From a virus (taxonomy: Duplodnaviria; Heunggongvirae; Uroviricota; Caudoviricetes), in the IMG/VR virus record IMGVR_UViG_2529292736_000004: a stretch of DNA of 37,226 nt. One strand, given 5' to 3'. Of the stretch, positions 7,991 to 17,379 are shown in pieces (position 1 is the stretch's first letter; every line of letters begins with the position of its first letter). Both the position numbers and the translations under genes were made by a program. Under the pieces are notes generated by a model. It was not told the DNA's origin. It was given only the letters and a program-made list of their open reading frames with translations, and did not search any database.

Positions 7991-8431
7991 ATGAAAAAAC
8001 TAACCTTTGAAATTCGATCTCCAGCACATCAGCAAAACGCTATTCACGCAGTACAGCAAATTCTTCCAGACCCAACCAAACCAATCGTAGTAACCATTCA
8101 GGAACGCAACCGCAGCTTAGACCAAAACCGAAAGCTTTGGGCTTGCCTTGGTGACGTTTCGCGTCAGGTTGAATGGCATGGTCGCTGGCTGGATGCAGAA
8201 AGCTGGAAGTGTGTGTTTACCGCAGCATTAAAGCAGCAGGACGTTGTTCCTAACCTTGCCGGGAATGGCTTTGTGGTAATAGGACAGTCAACCAGCAGGA
8301 TGCGTGTAAGCGAATTTGCGGAGCTATTAGAGCTTATACAGGCATTCGGTACAGAACGTGGCGTTAAGTGGTCAGACGAAGCGCAACTGGCTCTCGAATG
8401 GAAAGCGCGATGGGGAGATCGGGCTGCATGA
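7991..8431 (+). CDS. ninB: NinB recombination protein, 146 aa
   Basis: MKKLTFEIRSPAHQQNAIHAVQQILPDPTKPIVVTIQERNRSLDQNRKLW... matches lambda NinB; start taken at the internal ATG at 7991 behind a purine-rich RBS. Confidence 0.85.
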   Translation: MKKLTFEIRSPAHQQNAIHAVQQILPDPTKPIVVTIQERNRSLDQNRKLWACLGDVSRQVEWHGRWLDAESWKCVFTAALKQQDVVPNLAGNGFVVIGQSTSRMRVSEFAELLELIQAFGTERGVKWSDEAQLALEWKARWGDRAA

Positions 8432-8955
8432 CTATCAAATCAAATACGCCAGCACACGACAAGGACTGCTGGCAAACTCCGCTTTGGCTTTTTGATGCAC
8501 TGGATATTGAGTTTGGATTCTGGCTGGATTCGGCAGCGAGCGACAAAAATGCTCTGTGCGCTCACTGGCTAACTGAGGCCGACGACGCGCTCAATTCTGA
8601 GTGGGTAAGCCAGGGTGCAATCTGGAATAACCCACCGTACAGCAATATCAGGCCGTGGGTGGAAAAAGCCGCTGAGCAGTGCATACAACAGCGACAGACG
8701 GTAGTGATGCTTGTGCCAGAGGATATGTCTGTCGGATGGTTCAGCAAGGCTCTGGAGAGTGTTGACGAAGTTCGTATTATCACTGATGGACGGATTAATT
8801 TTATCGAACCATCGACAGGGCTGGAGAAGAAGGGAAACAGCAAAGGTTCCATGCTGCTGATTTGGCGACCGTTCATCAGTCCTCGACGGATGTTTACTAC
8901 CGTATCCAAAGCGGCATTGATGGCGATCGGGCAGGGCGTCAGGAGGGCTGCATGA
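8428..8955 (+). CDS. Phage N6-adenine DNA methyltransferase (Dam-like, orphan), about 175 aa
   Basis: Motif IWNNPPYSN (NPPY catalytic motif of N6-adenine/N4-cytosine MTases); start ATG overlaps the ninB stop (ATGA). No adjacent restriction gene is apparent. Confidence 0.75.
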   Translation: MTIKSNTPAHDKDCWQTPLWLFDALDIEFGFWLDSAASDKNALCAHWLTEADDALNSEWVSQGAIWNNPPYSNIRPWVEKAAEQCIQQRQTVVMLVPEDMSVGWFSKALESVDEVRIITDGRINFIEPSTGLEKKGNSKGSMLLIWRPFISPRRMFTTVSKAALMAIGQGVRRAA

Positions 8956-9128
8956 GACGACAGCGGCGAAGTTTCACCGACATCATCTGCGAAAACTGCA
9001 AATACCTTCCAACGAAACGCTCCAGAAATAAACGCAAGCCAATCCCAAAAGAATCTGACGTAAAAACCTTCAACTACACGGCTCACCTGTGGGATATCCG
9101 GTGGCTAAGACATCGTGCGAGGAAATGA
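8952..9128 (+). CDS. ninE: NinE-like protein, 58 aa
   Basis: [58 protein letters not shown] resembles lambda/DLP12 NinE; start overlaps the MTase stop. Confidence 0.75.
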   Translation: MRRQRRSFTDIICENCKYLPTKRSRNKRKPIPKESDVKTFNYTAHLWDIRWLRHRARK

Positions 9129-9472
9129 CAATGGATTATTCACAGTTAAGTGATTTTGAAATTAACCGAATGGTAGGAGACATAATTTTTAAAGGCCTTT
9201 GGGCATGTAAGCCTGAAACATCAGGGAATAACACCAACAAATGGTATTACGGAAATGCCGATGTAAGTCTTGAGCCATTAAACCCTTTGCCTGACTACTG
9301 CAATGATCCGAGCGCTTCATGGCCGATTATTGAGAAATACAGGATTTCTATCTTAGACCAGTTAACTGAATGGTGTGTGGATGCAAAAGGCGTAAGCCCA
9401 ATATTTGATACCAGACCTCTCCGCGCCGCCATGATTGTCTTTCTCCTGATGCAGGAGGCCAATAATGCTTAG
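9125..9472 (+). CDS. Hypothetical nin-region protein, about 115 aa
   Basis: [34 protein letters not shown]..., translationally coupled to ninE. Family not recognised. Confidence 0.6.
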   Translation: MTMDYSQLSDFEINRMVGDIIFKGLWACKPETSGNNTNKWYYGNADVSLEPLNPLPDYCNDPSASWPIIEKYRISILDQLTEWCVDAKGVSPIFDTRPLRAAMIVFLLMQEANNA

Positions 9473-9659
9473 CCCATCTCAATCCCTTCAATACCTGAAA
9501 GGAAGCATAGAGCGGGCTTCAATGTGCACAGAGTGGATTCTATCTAGGTTTAGCGCATACAGAAGATTGCCGGTAAAGGGCATGCCAAGCAAGTCGATGC
9601 TGCATATGCAAAAGAATGCGCGCTGGAAGGTATGGCGAGAACACAGGTTATCTGGCTGA
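9465..9659 (+). CDS. NinF-like small protein (only the N-terminal ~19 aa match lambda NinF); integrity uncertain
   Basis: [19 protein letters not shown]... A second coding-looking frame (…[29 protein letters not shown], ending at 9682 and overlapping the rusA start) suggests a frameshifted or recombinant gene here. Confidence 0.4.
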   Translation: MLSPSQSLQYLKGSIERASMCTEWILSRFSAYRRLPVKGMPSKSMLHMQKNARWKVWREHRLSG

Positions 9660-9678
9660 AAGAGGGGGTTATTAAGGC

Positions 9679-10041
9679 GTGAATACCTACAGCATCACAT
9701 TACCCTGGCCTCCGAGCAATAATCGCTATTACCGCCATAATCGCGGGCGCACGCACGTCAGCGCAGAGGGGCAGGCATACCGCGATAACGTCGCCCGAAT
9801 CATTAAAAACGCAATGCTGGATATCGGCCTGGCTATGCCTGTGAAAATCCGCATTGAGTGCCACATGCCGGATCGCCGTCGCCGTGACCTGGATAATCTG
9901 CAAAAAGCCGCTTTTGACGCACTCACTAAAGCAGGTTTCTGGCTGGATGATGCTCAGGTCGTTGATTACCGCGTTGTGAAGATGCCTGTTACCAAAGGTG
10001 GGAGGCTGGAACTGACCATCACCGAAATGGAGAATGAATGA
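9679..10041 (+). CDS. rusA: RusA Holliday-junction resolvase, 120 aa
   Basis: [82 protein letters not shown]... matches DLP12 RusA; GTG start. Confidence 0.9.
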   Translation: MNTYSITLPWPPSNNRYYRHNRGRTHVSAEGQAYRDNVARIIKNAMLDIGLAMPVKIRIECHMPDRRRRDLDNLQKAAFDALTKAGFWLDDAQVVDYRVVKMPVTKGGRLELTITEMENE

Positions 10042-10178
10042 TGTTTGAGTTTAATATGGCAGAACTTCTTCGCCACCGCTGGGGGCGTCTGCGCTTATAT
10101 CGTTTCCCCGGTTCTGTTTTGACCGATTACCGAATACTGAAGAATTACGCCAAAACCCTGACAGGAGCAGGAGTATGA
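10038..10178 (+). CDS. ylcG: YlcG-like small protein, 46 aa
   Basis: Hand translation [46 protein letters not shown]; below the track size cut-off; same position as DLP12 ylcG. Confidence 0.7.
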   Translation: MMFEFNMAELLRHRWGRLRLYRFPGSVLTDYRILKNYAKTLTGAGV

Positions 10179-10263
10179 AGTCAGAGATAACAATCAACTA
10201 ATACTGTTTTGTTGATTTTTGCTTGTAATTGGCGTTCTGGTCTGATTTTTGTGGAGTAAGTTG

Positions 10264-10647
10264 ATGCGTGATATTCAGATGGTTCTTGAGCGTTGGGGAG
10301 CGTGGGCGGCTAATAATCATGAAGATGTGACCTGGTCGTCCATTGCCGCCGGTTTTAAGGGATTAATTACTTCAAAAGTAAAATCTCGCCCGCAATGTTG
10401 TGACGATGACGCGATGATTATTTGCGGGTGCATGGCCCGTCTGAAAAAGAACAACAGCGATTTGCACGATTTATTAGTAGATTATTATGTAGTCGGTATG
10501 ACATTCATGTCACTGGCAGGTAAGCATTGCTGCTCTGATGGTTATATCGGGAAAAGGTTACAGAAGGCTGAGGGCATAATTGAAGGGATGTTAATGGCAT
10601 TAGATATCCGGTTAGAGATGGATATCGTTGTTAATAACTCTAATTAA
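10264..10647 (+). CDS. quuD: Q-family late-gene antiterminator (QuuD-like), 127 aa
   Basis: [62 protein letters not shown]... matches DLP12 QuuD; Cys-rich zinc-binding region; ATG at 10264. Confidence 0.85.
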   Translation: MRDIQMVLERWGAWAANNHEDVTWSSIAAGFKGLITSKVKSRPQCCDDDAMIICGCMARLKKNNSDLHDLLVDYYVVGMTFMSLAGKHCCSDGYIGKRLQKAEGIIEGMLMALDIRLEMDIVVNNSN

Positions 10648-10661
10648 TATGCCAATTGTTT

Positions 10662-10698
10662 ACTAAAAATTATTAAAAATGGGGCGTTGCAACGCCCC
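10662..10698 (-). terminator. Palindromic GC hairpin (ggggcgttgcaacgcccc) with a T-rich tail on the minus strand; candidate nmpC terminator
   Basis: Perfect 6-bp stem with a 6-nt loop. On the minus strand it is followed by atttttaataattttt. It lies about 140 nt past the nmpC stop, so the assignment is tentative. Confidence 0.4.
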
Positions 10699-10835
10699 CA
10701 AAAATAAAGGGTAATATATAACAGAAGATTTATATAGTTAGAAGCAAGGTTGTGCTCCTAAAGGAAGTGGCTTGAGGGAGCCACTTATATGTTGGGGAGG
10801 CAAAGCCTCCCGCAACATATCTTTTAGTAATCAAA

Positions 10836-11918
10836 TTAGAACTGGTAAACCATACCTACAGCAACGATATCATCGGTAGCAACGCCAGATGCTTTCGTGA
10901 AATCGCTCTTATCAATCAGGTTGATTTTGTAATCAACAAAAGTGGACATATTTTTGTTGAAGTAATAGGTTGCACCTACATCAATATATTCAACCAGGTC
11001 CTGATCACCCCACGCACCCAAGTCTTTTCCTTTAGATTGCAGGTAAGCAACGGACGGACGCAGACCGAAGTCGAACTGATATTGTGCAACTACTTCGAAG
11101 TTTTGTGCTTTGTTGGCAATATGGTTATTACCAAAAACAGTCATGTTCTGGGTTTCAGAATAGGTGGTAGCCAGATAGATGTTGTTCGCATCATATTTCA
11201 GACCAGCTGCCCATACTTCAGCATTTTGACCAGATGCATTCAGGCTGTTGTTACCGTAGATAACCTGATTATTAGTGCGGTCAGATTTAGCATAGGTTGC
11301 ACCTACACCGAATCCTTCATACTCATAAGTAGTGGAGAAACCGAAACCATCACCATTAGCTTCAGTTACGTCAGTGCGGTCATTTTTACCCTGATACTGA
11401 GCAGCAAAGTTCAGACCATCAACCAGACCAAAGAAGTCGTTGTTACGATAAGTTGCAACACCAGTGGTGCGACCAGTCATGAACACATCTGTTTGGGTCC
11501 AGGTATCGCCACCGAATTCTGGCAGAACGTCAGTCCACGCACCGATGTCGTATGCTACACCGTAGTTACGGCCGTAATCGATTGAGCCGTAGTCACCGAA
11601 TTTCAGGCCTGCAAATGCAAGACGGGTTTTGTCTTTGGAGGAACCTTGAGATTCAGCGCGGTTGCCTTTGAATTCATATTCCCACTGACCGAAACCAGTC
11701 AGTTGATCGTTGATTTGGGTTTCACCTTTGAAGCCAAGACGGGCATAAGTAGTATCACCATCATCTGCATCATTAGAGGAGAAGTAGTGCTTAGCATTAA
11801 CTTTCCCGTACAGATCCAGCTTGTTACTGTCTTTATTATAAATTTCAGCTGCCTGAGCAGACATCGCCATCAGTACTGATGCAGCTACAGCAGAAATTGC
11901 CACTGTTAATTTTTTCAT
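10836..11918 (-). CDS. nmpC: Outer-membrane porin, OmpC/OmpF family (NmpC-like), apparently intact, 360 aa
   Basis: Signal peptide [23 protein letters not shown] followed by a classic porin sequence ([17 protein letters not shown]...GMVYQF). Antisense to the phage late operon between Q and the holin. Confidence 0.9.
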   Translation of the reverse strand: MKKLTVAISAVAASVLMAMSAQAAEIYNKDSNKLDLYGKVNAKHYFSSNDADDGDTTYARLGFKGETQINDQLTGFGQWEYEFKGNRAESQGSSKDKTRLAFAGLKFGDYGSIDYGRNYGVAYDIGAWTDVLPEFGGDTWTQTDVFMTGRTTGVATYRNNDFFGLVDGLNFAAQYQGKNDRTDVTEANGDGFGFSTTYEYEGFGVGATYAKSDRTNNQVIYGNNSLNASGQNAEVWAAGLKYDANNIYLATTYSETQNMTVFGNNHIANKAQNFEVVAQYQFDFGLRPSVAYLQSKGKDLGAWGDQDLVEYIDVGATYYFNKNMSTFVDYKINLIDKSDFTKASGVATDDIVAVGMVYQF

Positions 11919-12347
11919 CGTGAGCCCTTTTTTTTGAACTATTATTAAAAAATGATGTCACTGCGCGATAAATATTCATCTAATCAATGTGATTATTTCA
12001 AGATGTAAGTTTTGGTTTCTCGTTTGATTTGTGAAGTAGATCTCTATTTTTATCTGAACTTTTTTCTATCGAATCCTATTCATAGCTCTTGTCTGAATAA
12101 AAATAAATCTACTAGCCAATTTATATTAACGGCTGTTATTTATAAGTGCTCTATAATTTGAAGGTTCAATTTAAATCGGCTAAAAATAACACTGGAAATT
12201 ATTTGTTGGTTATTTGTTGAGATTTGCTTATGTATTTGTAGTGGTGTTTTCAATACTCGGTAGCATTCTCGCAAATATCATTTAGTGGTTTACGTACGTA
12301 AAAAATTGGTTATGCTGTTAAGAGTGGTTACTTCGTCACACAGCTTA

Positions 12348-12380
12348 AACCCGCCGTCGAGCGGGTTTTTCCATTTTTTG
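12348..12380 (+). terminator. Intrinsic terminator on the plus strand upstream of the holin; candidate tR' of the late operon
   Basis: aaacccgc-cgtcga-gcgggttt followed by ttccatttttt. A possible promoter (TTTACG...TATGCT, about 12288..12320) lies roughly 60 nt upstream; that promoter assignment is inference only. Confidence 0.55.
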
Positions 12381-12468
12381 AGTCTCGATATTAGCTGATA
12401 ACCCAATACCTGAGTTATTCACTGACTGAACCGCCCCGGGTTTCCTGGAGAGTGTTTTATCTGTGAAC

Positions 12469-13359
12469 TCAGGCTGCCAGATCATCGTTTCCGATGGAAG
12501 CATAATAAGCTTTTTCTGCTTCTGCCGGTGGGATATGGCCCAGCCTTTCCAGCAATCGTCGATTGTTATACCAGTCCACCCACGTGAGTGTGGCCAGTTC
12601 CACTTCTGTCCGGTTTTTCCAGCTCTTACGGTGTATTACCTCCGCTTTGTAAAGGCCATTGATGCTCTCCGCCATCGCGTTGTCATACGAGTCACCAGTA
12701 CTTCCTGTTGATGCCAGTAATCCGGCTTCCTTAAGCCGCTGTGTGTAGGCCAGCGATACATACTGAGAACCTTTATCACTGTGATGGACTGTGCCGGACG
12801 GTCGACGGGCCCATAACGCCTGCTCCAGAGCATCCAGCACGAATGTCGTTTCCATAGACGATGAGACCCGCCACCCCACGATGTATCCGGCAAACACATC
12901 AATGATGAACGCCACATAGACGACCCCCTGCCATGTGCTGACGTAAGTAAAATCAGCCACCCACAACTGGTCAGGACGTTCTGCCACAAACTGACGGTTT
13001 ACGCGGTCGCCTGCGGCAACGGCTTTCCGGCTGACGGTAGTGCGGACCTTTTTACCCCGGAGAACACCGGCAAGTCCCATAACCGCCATGAGGCGCGCCA
13101 CTGTACATCTGGCTACCCTGATTCCTTCCCGTAACAACTGACGCCAGACTTTACGCACACCGTATACCTGATGATTCCCATCGTATACGCGCAGTATCTC
13201 TTTCTTCAGCCAGTCATCGCGCTGCGCACGGGCACTGCGTTTATCAGGATGATGTCGCTGTTGCTGACAGTGGTAATACGTTGACGGGGCAATATGTAGT
13301 TCACTGCATACCGGTCCGACCCCGTACAGCTTACGCAGCTTATCCAGCAGTGGCATCAC
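12469..13359 (-). CDS. IS629 OrfB (DDE integrase/transposase catalytic subunit), 296 aa
   Basis: IS3-family catalytic-domain sequence (…[48 protein letters not shown]…[11 protein letters not shown]…). Confidence 0.85.
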   Translation of the reverse strand: MMPLLDKLRKLYGVGPVCSELHIAPSTYYHCQQQRHHPDKRSARAQRDDWLKKEILRVYDGNHQVYGVRKVWRQLLREGIRVARCTVARLMAVMGLAGVLRGKKVRTTVSRKAVAAGDRVNRQFVAERPDQLWVADFTYVSTWQGVVYVAFIIDVFAGYIVGWRVSSSMETTFVLDALEQALWARRPSGTVHHSDKGSQYVSLAYTQRLKEAGLLASTGSTGDSYDNAMAESINGLYKAEVIHRKSWKNRTEVELATLTWVDWYNNRRLLERLGHIPPAEAEKAYYASIGNDDLAA

Positions 13360-13682
13360 TTTTTCCAGAGGCGGTCGAACTCCGCCTTCGCAAAATAAGC
13401 GGAAGCCTGGCGAAGGATATCGTTACTGCGGCGCAGTTCACGATTTTCACGTTCCAGCTCTTTCAGACGCTGACGTTCAGCGGTGGTGAGCCCGCCATCA
13501 CCGCCTCCGGTATCCCGCTCATGCTGGCGTACCCAGACACGCAGAGTCTCCGGTGTACAGTCAATCTTTGGGGCAATGGAACAAATTGCCGCCCACTGTG
13601 AGTCATATTCGCCCTGACTTTCCAGAACCATACGAATCGCCCTCTGACGGACTTCGGGGGAAAAACGAGTATTTTTAGTCAT
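13356..13682 (-). CDS. IS629 OrfA (HTH transposase subunit), 108 aa
   Basis: [40 protein letters not shown]...; overlaps orfB by 4 nt, typical of IS3-family -1 frameshift elements. Confidence 0.85.
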   Translation of the reverse strand: MTKNTRFSPEVRQRAIRMVLESQGEYDSQWAAICSIAPKIDCTPETLRVWVRQHERDTGGGDGGLTTAERQRLKELERENRELRRSNDILRQASAYFAKAEFDRLWKK

Positions 13683-13804
13683 CCTGTTTACCTCTTTCTC
13701 AGGGAGTTTAGTCTCCAGGATTCCCGGGGCGGTTCAGACTCCGAGTCTGTTACGTTTCGTAGTATTCCCTCAATTTACACCCGCTTTGTCTGCGAGGTGG
13801 GGTT

Positions 13805-14020
13805 ATGAAATCCATGGATAAGTTAACAACGGGTGTCGCCTATGGCACCTCAGCAGGTAGTGCCGGTTACTGGTTTTTACAGCTGCTCGATAAAGTCACG
13901 CCCTCACAGTGGGCAGCAATAGGTGTGCAGGGTAGCCTGGTATTTGGCCTGCTGACGTACCTGACAAACCTTTATTTCAAGATTAAAGAAGATAAGCGCA
14001 AGGCTGCGAGAGGTGAATAA
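13805..14020 (+). CDS. essD: Holin (EssD/lambdoid class), 71 aa
   Basis: [71 protein letters not shown]: small protein with transmembrane segments and a charged C-terminus, directly upstream of the lysozyme. Confidence 0.8.
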   Translation: MKSMDKLTTGVAYGTSAGSAGYWFLQLLDKVTPSQWAAIGVQGSLVFGLLTYLTNLYFKIKEDKRKAARGE

Positions 14021-14517
14021 TGCCTCCATCATTACGAAAAGCCGTTGCTGCTGCTATTGGTGGCGGAGCAATTGCTATAGCATCAGTGTTAATCACTGGC
14101 CCAAGTGGTAACGATGGTCTGGAAGGTGTCAGCTACATACCATACAAAGATATTGTTGGTGTATGGACTGTATGTCACGGGCATACAGGAAAAGACATCA
14201 TGCTCGGTAAAACGTATACCAAAGCAGAATGCAAAGCCCTCCTGAATAAAGACCTTGCCACGGTCGCCAGACAAATTAACCCGTACATCAAAGTCGATAT
14301 ACCGGAAACAATGCGCGGCGCTCTTTACTCATTCGTTTACAACGTGGGTGCTGGCAATTTCAGAACATCGACGCTTCTTCGCAAAATAAACCAGGGCGAT
14401 ATCAAAGGCGCATGTGATCAGCTACGTCGCTGGACATATGCTGGCGGTAAGCAATGGAAAGGTCTCATGACTCGTCGTGAGATTGAGCGTGAAATCTGTT
14501 TGTGGGGTCAGCAATGA
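14020..14517 (+). CDS. rrrD: Endolysin (T4-type lysozyme fold) with an N-terminal hydrophobic signal-anchor-like segment, 165 aa
   Basis: Hydrophobic N-terminus ([20 protein letters not shown]) then a lysozyme-like sequence (…[19 protein letters not shown]…); start overlaps the holin stop. The gene symbol is by analogy with DLP12. Confidence 0.8.
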   Translation: MPPSLRKAVAAAIGGGAIAIASVLITGPSGNDGLEGVSYIPYKDIVGVWTVCHGHTGKDIMLGKTYTKAECKALLNKDLATVARQINPYIKVDIPETMRGALYSFVYNVGAGNFRTSTLLRKINQGDIKGACDQLRRWTYAGGKQWKGLMTRREIEREICLWGQQ

Positions 14518-14972
14518 ACAGAGTAACCGCGATTATCTCCGCTCTGGTTATCTGCATCATCGTCGGCCTGTCATGGGCTGTTAATCATTACCGTGATAAC
14601 GCCATTACCTACAAAGCCCAGCGCGACAAAAATGCCAGAGAACTGAAGCTGGCGAACGTGGCAATTACTGACATGCAGATGCGTCAGCGTGATGTTGCTG
14701 CGCTCGATGCAAGATACACAAAGGAGCTTGCTGATGCTAACGCGACTATCGAAAGTCTCCGTGCTGATGTTTCTGCTGGGCGTAAGCGCCTGCAAGTCGC
14801 CGCCACCTGTGCAAAGTCAACGACCGGAGCCAGCGGCATGGGCGATGGAGAAAGCCCAGGACTTACAGCAGATGCTGAACTCAATTATTACCGTCTCCGA
14901 AGTGGAATCGACAAGATAACCGCGCAGGTTAACTACCTGCAGGAATACATCAGGACGCAATGCCTGAAATAA
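14514..14972 (+). CDS. rzpD: Rz-type i-spanin, 152 aa
   Basis: N-terminal transmembrane segment ([20 protein letters not shown]) and coiled-coil-like remainder; ATG overlaps the lysozyme stop. Confidence 0.8.
   Translation: MNRVTAIISALVICIIVGLSWAVNHYRDNAITYKAQRDKNARELKLANVAITDMQMRQRDVAALDARYTKELADANATIESLRADVSAGRKRLQVAATCAKSTTGASGMGDGESPGLTADAELNYYRLRSGIDKITAQVNYLQEYIRTQCLK
14767..14919 (+). CDS. rzoD: Rz1-type o-spanin lipoprotein, embedded in the +1 frame of Rz, about 50 aa
   Basis: [25 protein letters not shown]...: lipobox VSAC and a proline-rich mature region, wholly inside Rz. Confidence 0.7.
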   Translation: MFLLGVSACKSPPPVQSQRPEPAAWAMEKAQDLQQMLNSIITVSEVESTR

Positions 14973-15003
14973 TTTTTTTGCAAATCACAAAGTCCATTTA
15001 ATG

Positions 15004-15026
15004 AGCCTCGCGATGCGGGGCTTTTT
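15004..15026 (+). terminator. Intrinsic terminator after the lysis cassette
   Basis: gcctcgc-gat-gcggggc stem (one mismatch) followed by ttttt. Confidence 0.5.
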
Positions 15027-15033
15027 GCAATAA

Positions 15034-15058
15034 ATGCGTACCGCAACGCATGTTTTTT
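15034..15058 (+). terminator. Second intrinsic terminator after the lysis cassette
   Basis: atgcgt-accgca-acgcat hairpin followed by gtttttt. Confidence 0.55.
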
Positions 15059-15173
15059 ACACCGAACCTGCCCCTTTGGAATGGGCCTTTGAGGATACCA
15101 GTTAGTGCTGGCGAGCCTCGGTGGGCTGGTTTCCTGTGCGGCAAAGGTTCATTTCAAAGAGTAGGTACACGCT

Positions 15174-15671
15174 ATGAAATCATTAACCCTCTTCAATCAA
15201 CCAATTCGTATCGGTGAAGATGGCATGATCTGCCTCACTGATATGTGGAAAGCCAGTGGTAAAAGTGAATCTGAATCGCCTTACCACTACCTGCGAAACA
15301 AGCAGACCAAAGAGTTCTTAGCCGAGCTGGAGAAAAACCACGAATCTGTGGTTTTTACTGAGCGCGGTGTACACGGTGGAACATATGGCGGGAAGTTTGT
15401 TGCTTACGATTATGCGGCTTGGTTAAACCCCGGGTTCAAGTACGCGGCCTATAAAGTCCTCGATGACTACTTCACCGGAGAACTTCAGCATCGCAACAGC
15501 TTAAGTGCGCAGCTCAACATGAAATGTCATGAGTTTGACCAGAAGAAAGACATGGCGAGCTTCTGCGGACAAGGGCTGGCAGCATGGCGCTATACGAAGC
15601 CAGTGTTGGTCGCTGAGATTAACTCCCTGGCTAACCAGCTGCAGATTACGATCCCCGGGCTTCCGGGATGA
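15174..15671 (+). CDS. KilA-N-like domain protein, 165 aa
   Basis: N-terminal segment (FNQPIRIGEDGMICLTDMWKASGK...NKQTKEFLAEL) resembles the KilA-N fold; assignment is by motif resemblance only. Confidence 0.5.
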   Translation: MKSLTLFNQPIRIGEDGMICLTDMWKASGKSESESPYHYLRNKQTKEFLAELEKNHESVVFTERGVHGGTYGGKFVAYDYAAWLNPGFKYAAYKVLDDYFTGELQHRNSLSAQLNMKCHEFDQKKDMASFCGQGLAAWRYTKPVLVAEINSLANQLQITIPGLPG

Positions 15672-15931
15672 GTGATCGTGTTATTGAATGCGCCTCCAGA
15701 GCGGGGCGCGACTTCTCAGAGTTCATGAAAGGCGAGAAGGGCATGATGGAAGCATTGGCCTCGGTGGATGAGTTTGGCGAGCAGCTGCGCCTCAACGGCT
15801 GTGTCAATCATCACTTTGTTAGCTACATGATGCGGAACTCGATCATGCAGGCATTCATAGACATGGCAAAAGCCGAGAGGAAAGAAGAGCGCCGGCGTAA
15901 GCGAGCGGAAGCAAAAGCAAAAGTGAAGTAG
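15668..15931 (+). CDS. Hypothetical protein, 87 aa, lysine/arginine-rich C-terminus
   Basis: ORF translationally coupled to the upstream gene (ATGA overlap). Confidence 0.5.
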   Translation: MSDRVIECASRAGRDFSEFMKGEKGMMEALASVDEFGEQLRLNGCVNHHFVSYMMRNSIMQAFIDMAKAERKEERRRKRAEAKAKVK

Positions 15932-16155
15932 CCATTACAAAGCCCATTTACGGGTGGGCTTGATAATGAAACCGGAATTTATTCTGGGCCACCAGTTAAC
16001 GGCAGTACCACGAAACAACCCAAGCCAGTAAGTGGGGAAATAACACCGGCAGCCACTGAAAGATGAACCTCCTGCCTTATGGCAAAAAAGATTCTTTGTG
16101 GTGGCGGACTGATGGAAAGACATCCTAATTTCAGCCAAACATTGAAGGAGTTGTT

Positions 16156-16227
16156 ATGTCAGCAGAAGGTTTCAATAACCCATCAAAATTCCGGGATGAG
16201 TGGGATAGCAGCGTAAAGAGTAAGTGA
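16156..16227 (+). CDS. Putative 23-aa peptide (MSAEGFNNPSKFRDEWDSSVKSK) with a strong RBS
   Basis: GAAGGAG 7 nt upstream of the ATG; followed by the same hairpin/GATAATG module that follows the 15668..15931 gene. Confidence 0.25.
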   Translation: MSAEGFNNPSKFRDEWDSSVKSK

Positions 16228-16309
16228 TGCCATCACAAAAGCCATTCCCTACAGAGTGGCTTTGATAATGGCTTATACCCTACACGGGATAACTTAACTG
16301 ATATCCCTT

Positions 16310-16474
16310 TTAAAGGATAAAGGTATTCAAGCCTGACACATCATGCGCTGTATCGTCGCCGTATTCCCGTATTAACAGAGACCGTAGCCCGACGGGGAAC
16401 TCCTTCTGCGCGAGTGTGCGGGAATAATCAAAAACGATGCACACCGGGGTTACCGGGTACACATATTTCATCAT
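16310..16474 (-). CDS. Putative small protein, 54 aa (MMKYVYPVTPVCIVFDYSRTLAQKEFPVGLRSLLIREYGDDTAHDVSGLNTFIL)
   Basis: Hand translation; below the track cut-off. Coding status uncertain. Confidence 0.25.
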   Translation of the reverse strand: MMKYVYPVTPVCIVFDYSRTLAQKEFPVGLRSLLIREYGDDTAHDVSGLNTFIL

Positions 16475-16519
16475 GCCAGCGAGTCCGGTTCTGGCACGGA
16501 AGAAACCGGACGTTATGAT

Positions 16520-16930
16520 TTAGTGCGGAAATATTTGTGTAGAGTTCTGAATGTTCTCAGTAAAGAGTAATGAATTATCAAAGGTATAGTAATACCTTTT
16601 GTTTTCGTGGATATTTGTAATCCATCTGAAAACCCCTGCTGTAGCAAGATTTTTCCTGTATTCGTAAAATGATAACTCTCCTGATTTGAATCCTTTTAAG
16701 GTGGCTTCTATAAGGCATTTATTTTTTGAAAATCTTACATTTACAACCTTACCCTGTCCTTTTATTAAAACCGTATTATCGTTTTCAAGAACAAGATGAA
16801 TATTCTCTGTGGCTAAATAGTAAATGTAATGTGAGACATTGTGACGTTTTAGTTCAGAATAAAACCAGTGATAGTTTAAATTATTTCGCACTTTATCGAA
16901 TATTTGTTTAAAAATGGCAACCTGAGCCAT
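16520..16930 (-). CDS. ybcV: YbcV/YdfO-like protein (DUF1398 family), about 136 aa
   Basis: [61 protein letters not shown]... resembles E. coli prophage YdfO/YbcV from memory; low-GC region. Confidence 0.7.
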   Translation of the reverse strand: MAQVAIFKQIFDKVRNNLNYHWFYSELKRHNVSHYIYYLATENIHLVLENDNTVLIKGQGKVVNVRFSKNKCLIEATLKGFKSGELSFYEYRKNLATAGVFRWITNIHENKRYYYTFDNSLLFTENIQNSTQIFPH

Positions 16931-16987
16931 TGTAGTACCTTCCATGTGATATGAGGGGGCGTAGTCTGCACGATTATCTAAATTGCT

Positions 16988-17221
16988 TCAATCTGGTCTA
17001 ACCTGTTTTCTGAGCAATTCAGTAATGTCACTCTTTTCTTTGTTTGCTTCAGGCGAAACTCTTTTTTCTGAGCACAGTCTCCGGCGGCAGGCTTCAATGA
17101 CCCAGGCTGAGAAATTCCCGGACCCTTTTTGAACAAGAGCGATGTTAATTTGTTCAATCATTTGGTTAGGAAAGCGGATGTTGCGGGTTGTTGTTCTGCG
17201 GGTTCTGTTCTTCGTTGACAT
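16988..17221 (-). CDS. ylcI: YlcI/YnfO-like small protein (DUF3950 family), 77 aa
   Basis: MSTKNRTRRTTTRNIRFPNQMIEQINIALVQKGSGNFSAWVIEACRRRL... resembles DLP12 YlcI from memory; sits directly before cos, as ylcI does before nohD. Confidence 0.65.
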   Translation of the reverse strand: MSTKNRTRRTTTRNIRFPNQMIEQINIALVQKGSGNFSAWVIEACRRRLCSEKRVSPEANKEKSDITELLRKQVRPD

Positions 17222-17379
17222 GAGGTTGCCCTGTATTCAGTGTCGCTGATTTGTATTGTCTGAAGTTGTTTTTACGTTAAGTTGATGCAGATCAATTAAT
17301 ACGATACCTGCGTCATAATTGATTATTTGACGTGGTTTGATGGCGTAGATGCACGTTGTGACATGTAGATGATAATTAT

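Larger units (their letters stand above)
12427..13736 (-). mobile_element. IS629 (IS3 family), 1310 bp, flanked by a 3-bp direct repeat GAC
   Basis: Terminal inverted repeats TGAACCGCCCCGGG... at both ends; orfA and orfB products match IS629 from memory; GAC at 12424..12426 and 13737..13739. Confidence 0.85.

Noticed and set aside
10648-12426. Possible tRNA genes between Q and the holin (as in some Stx phages)
   Set aside because: I scanned for T-loop-like GGTTCGAATCC / GTTCAAATC motifs and cloverleaf-sized GC-rich blocks and found none; the only GC-rich elements are simple hairpins.
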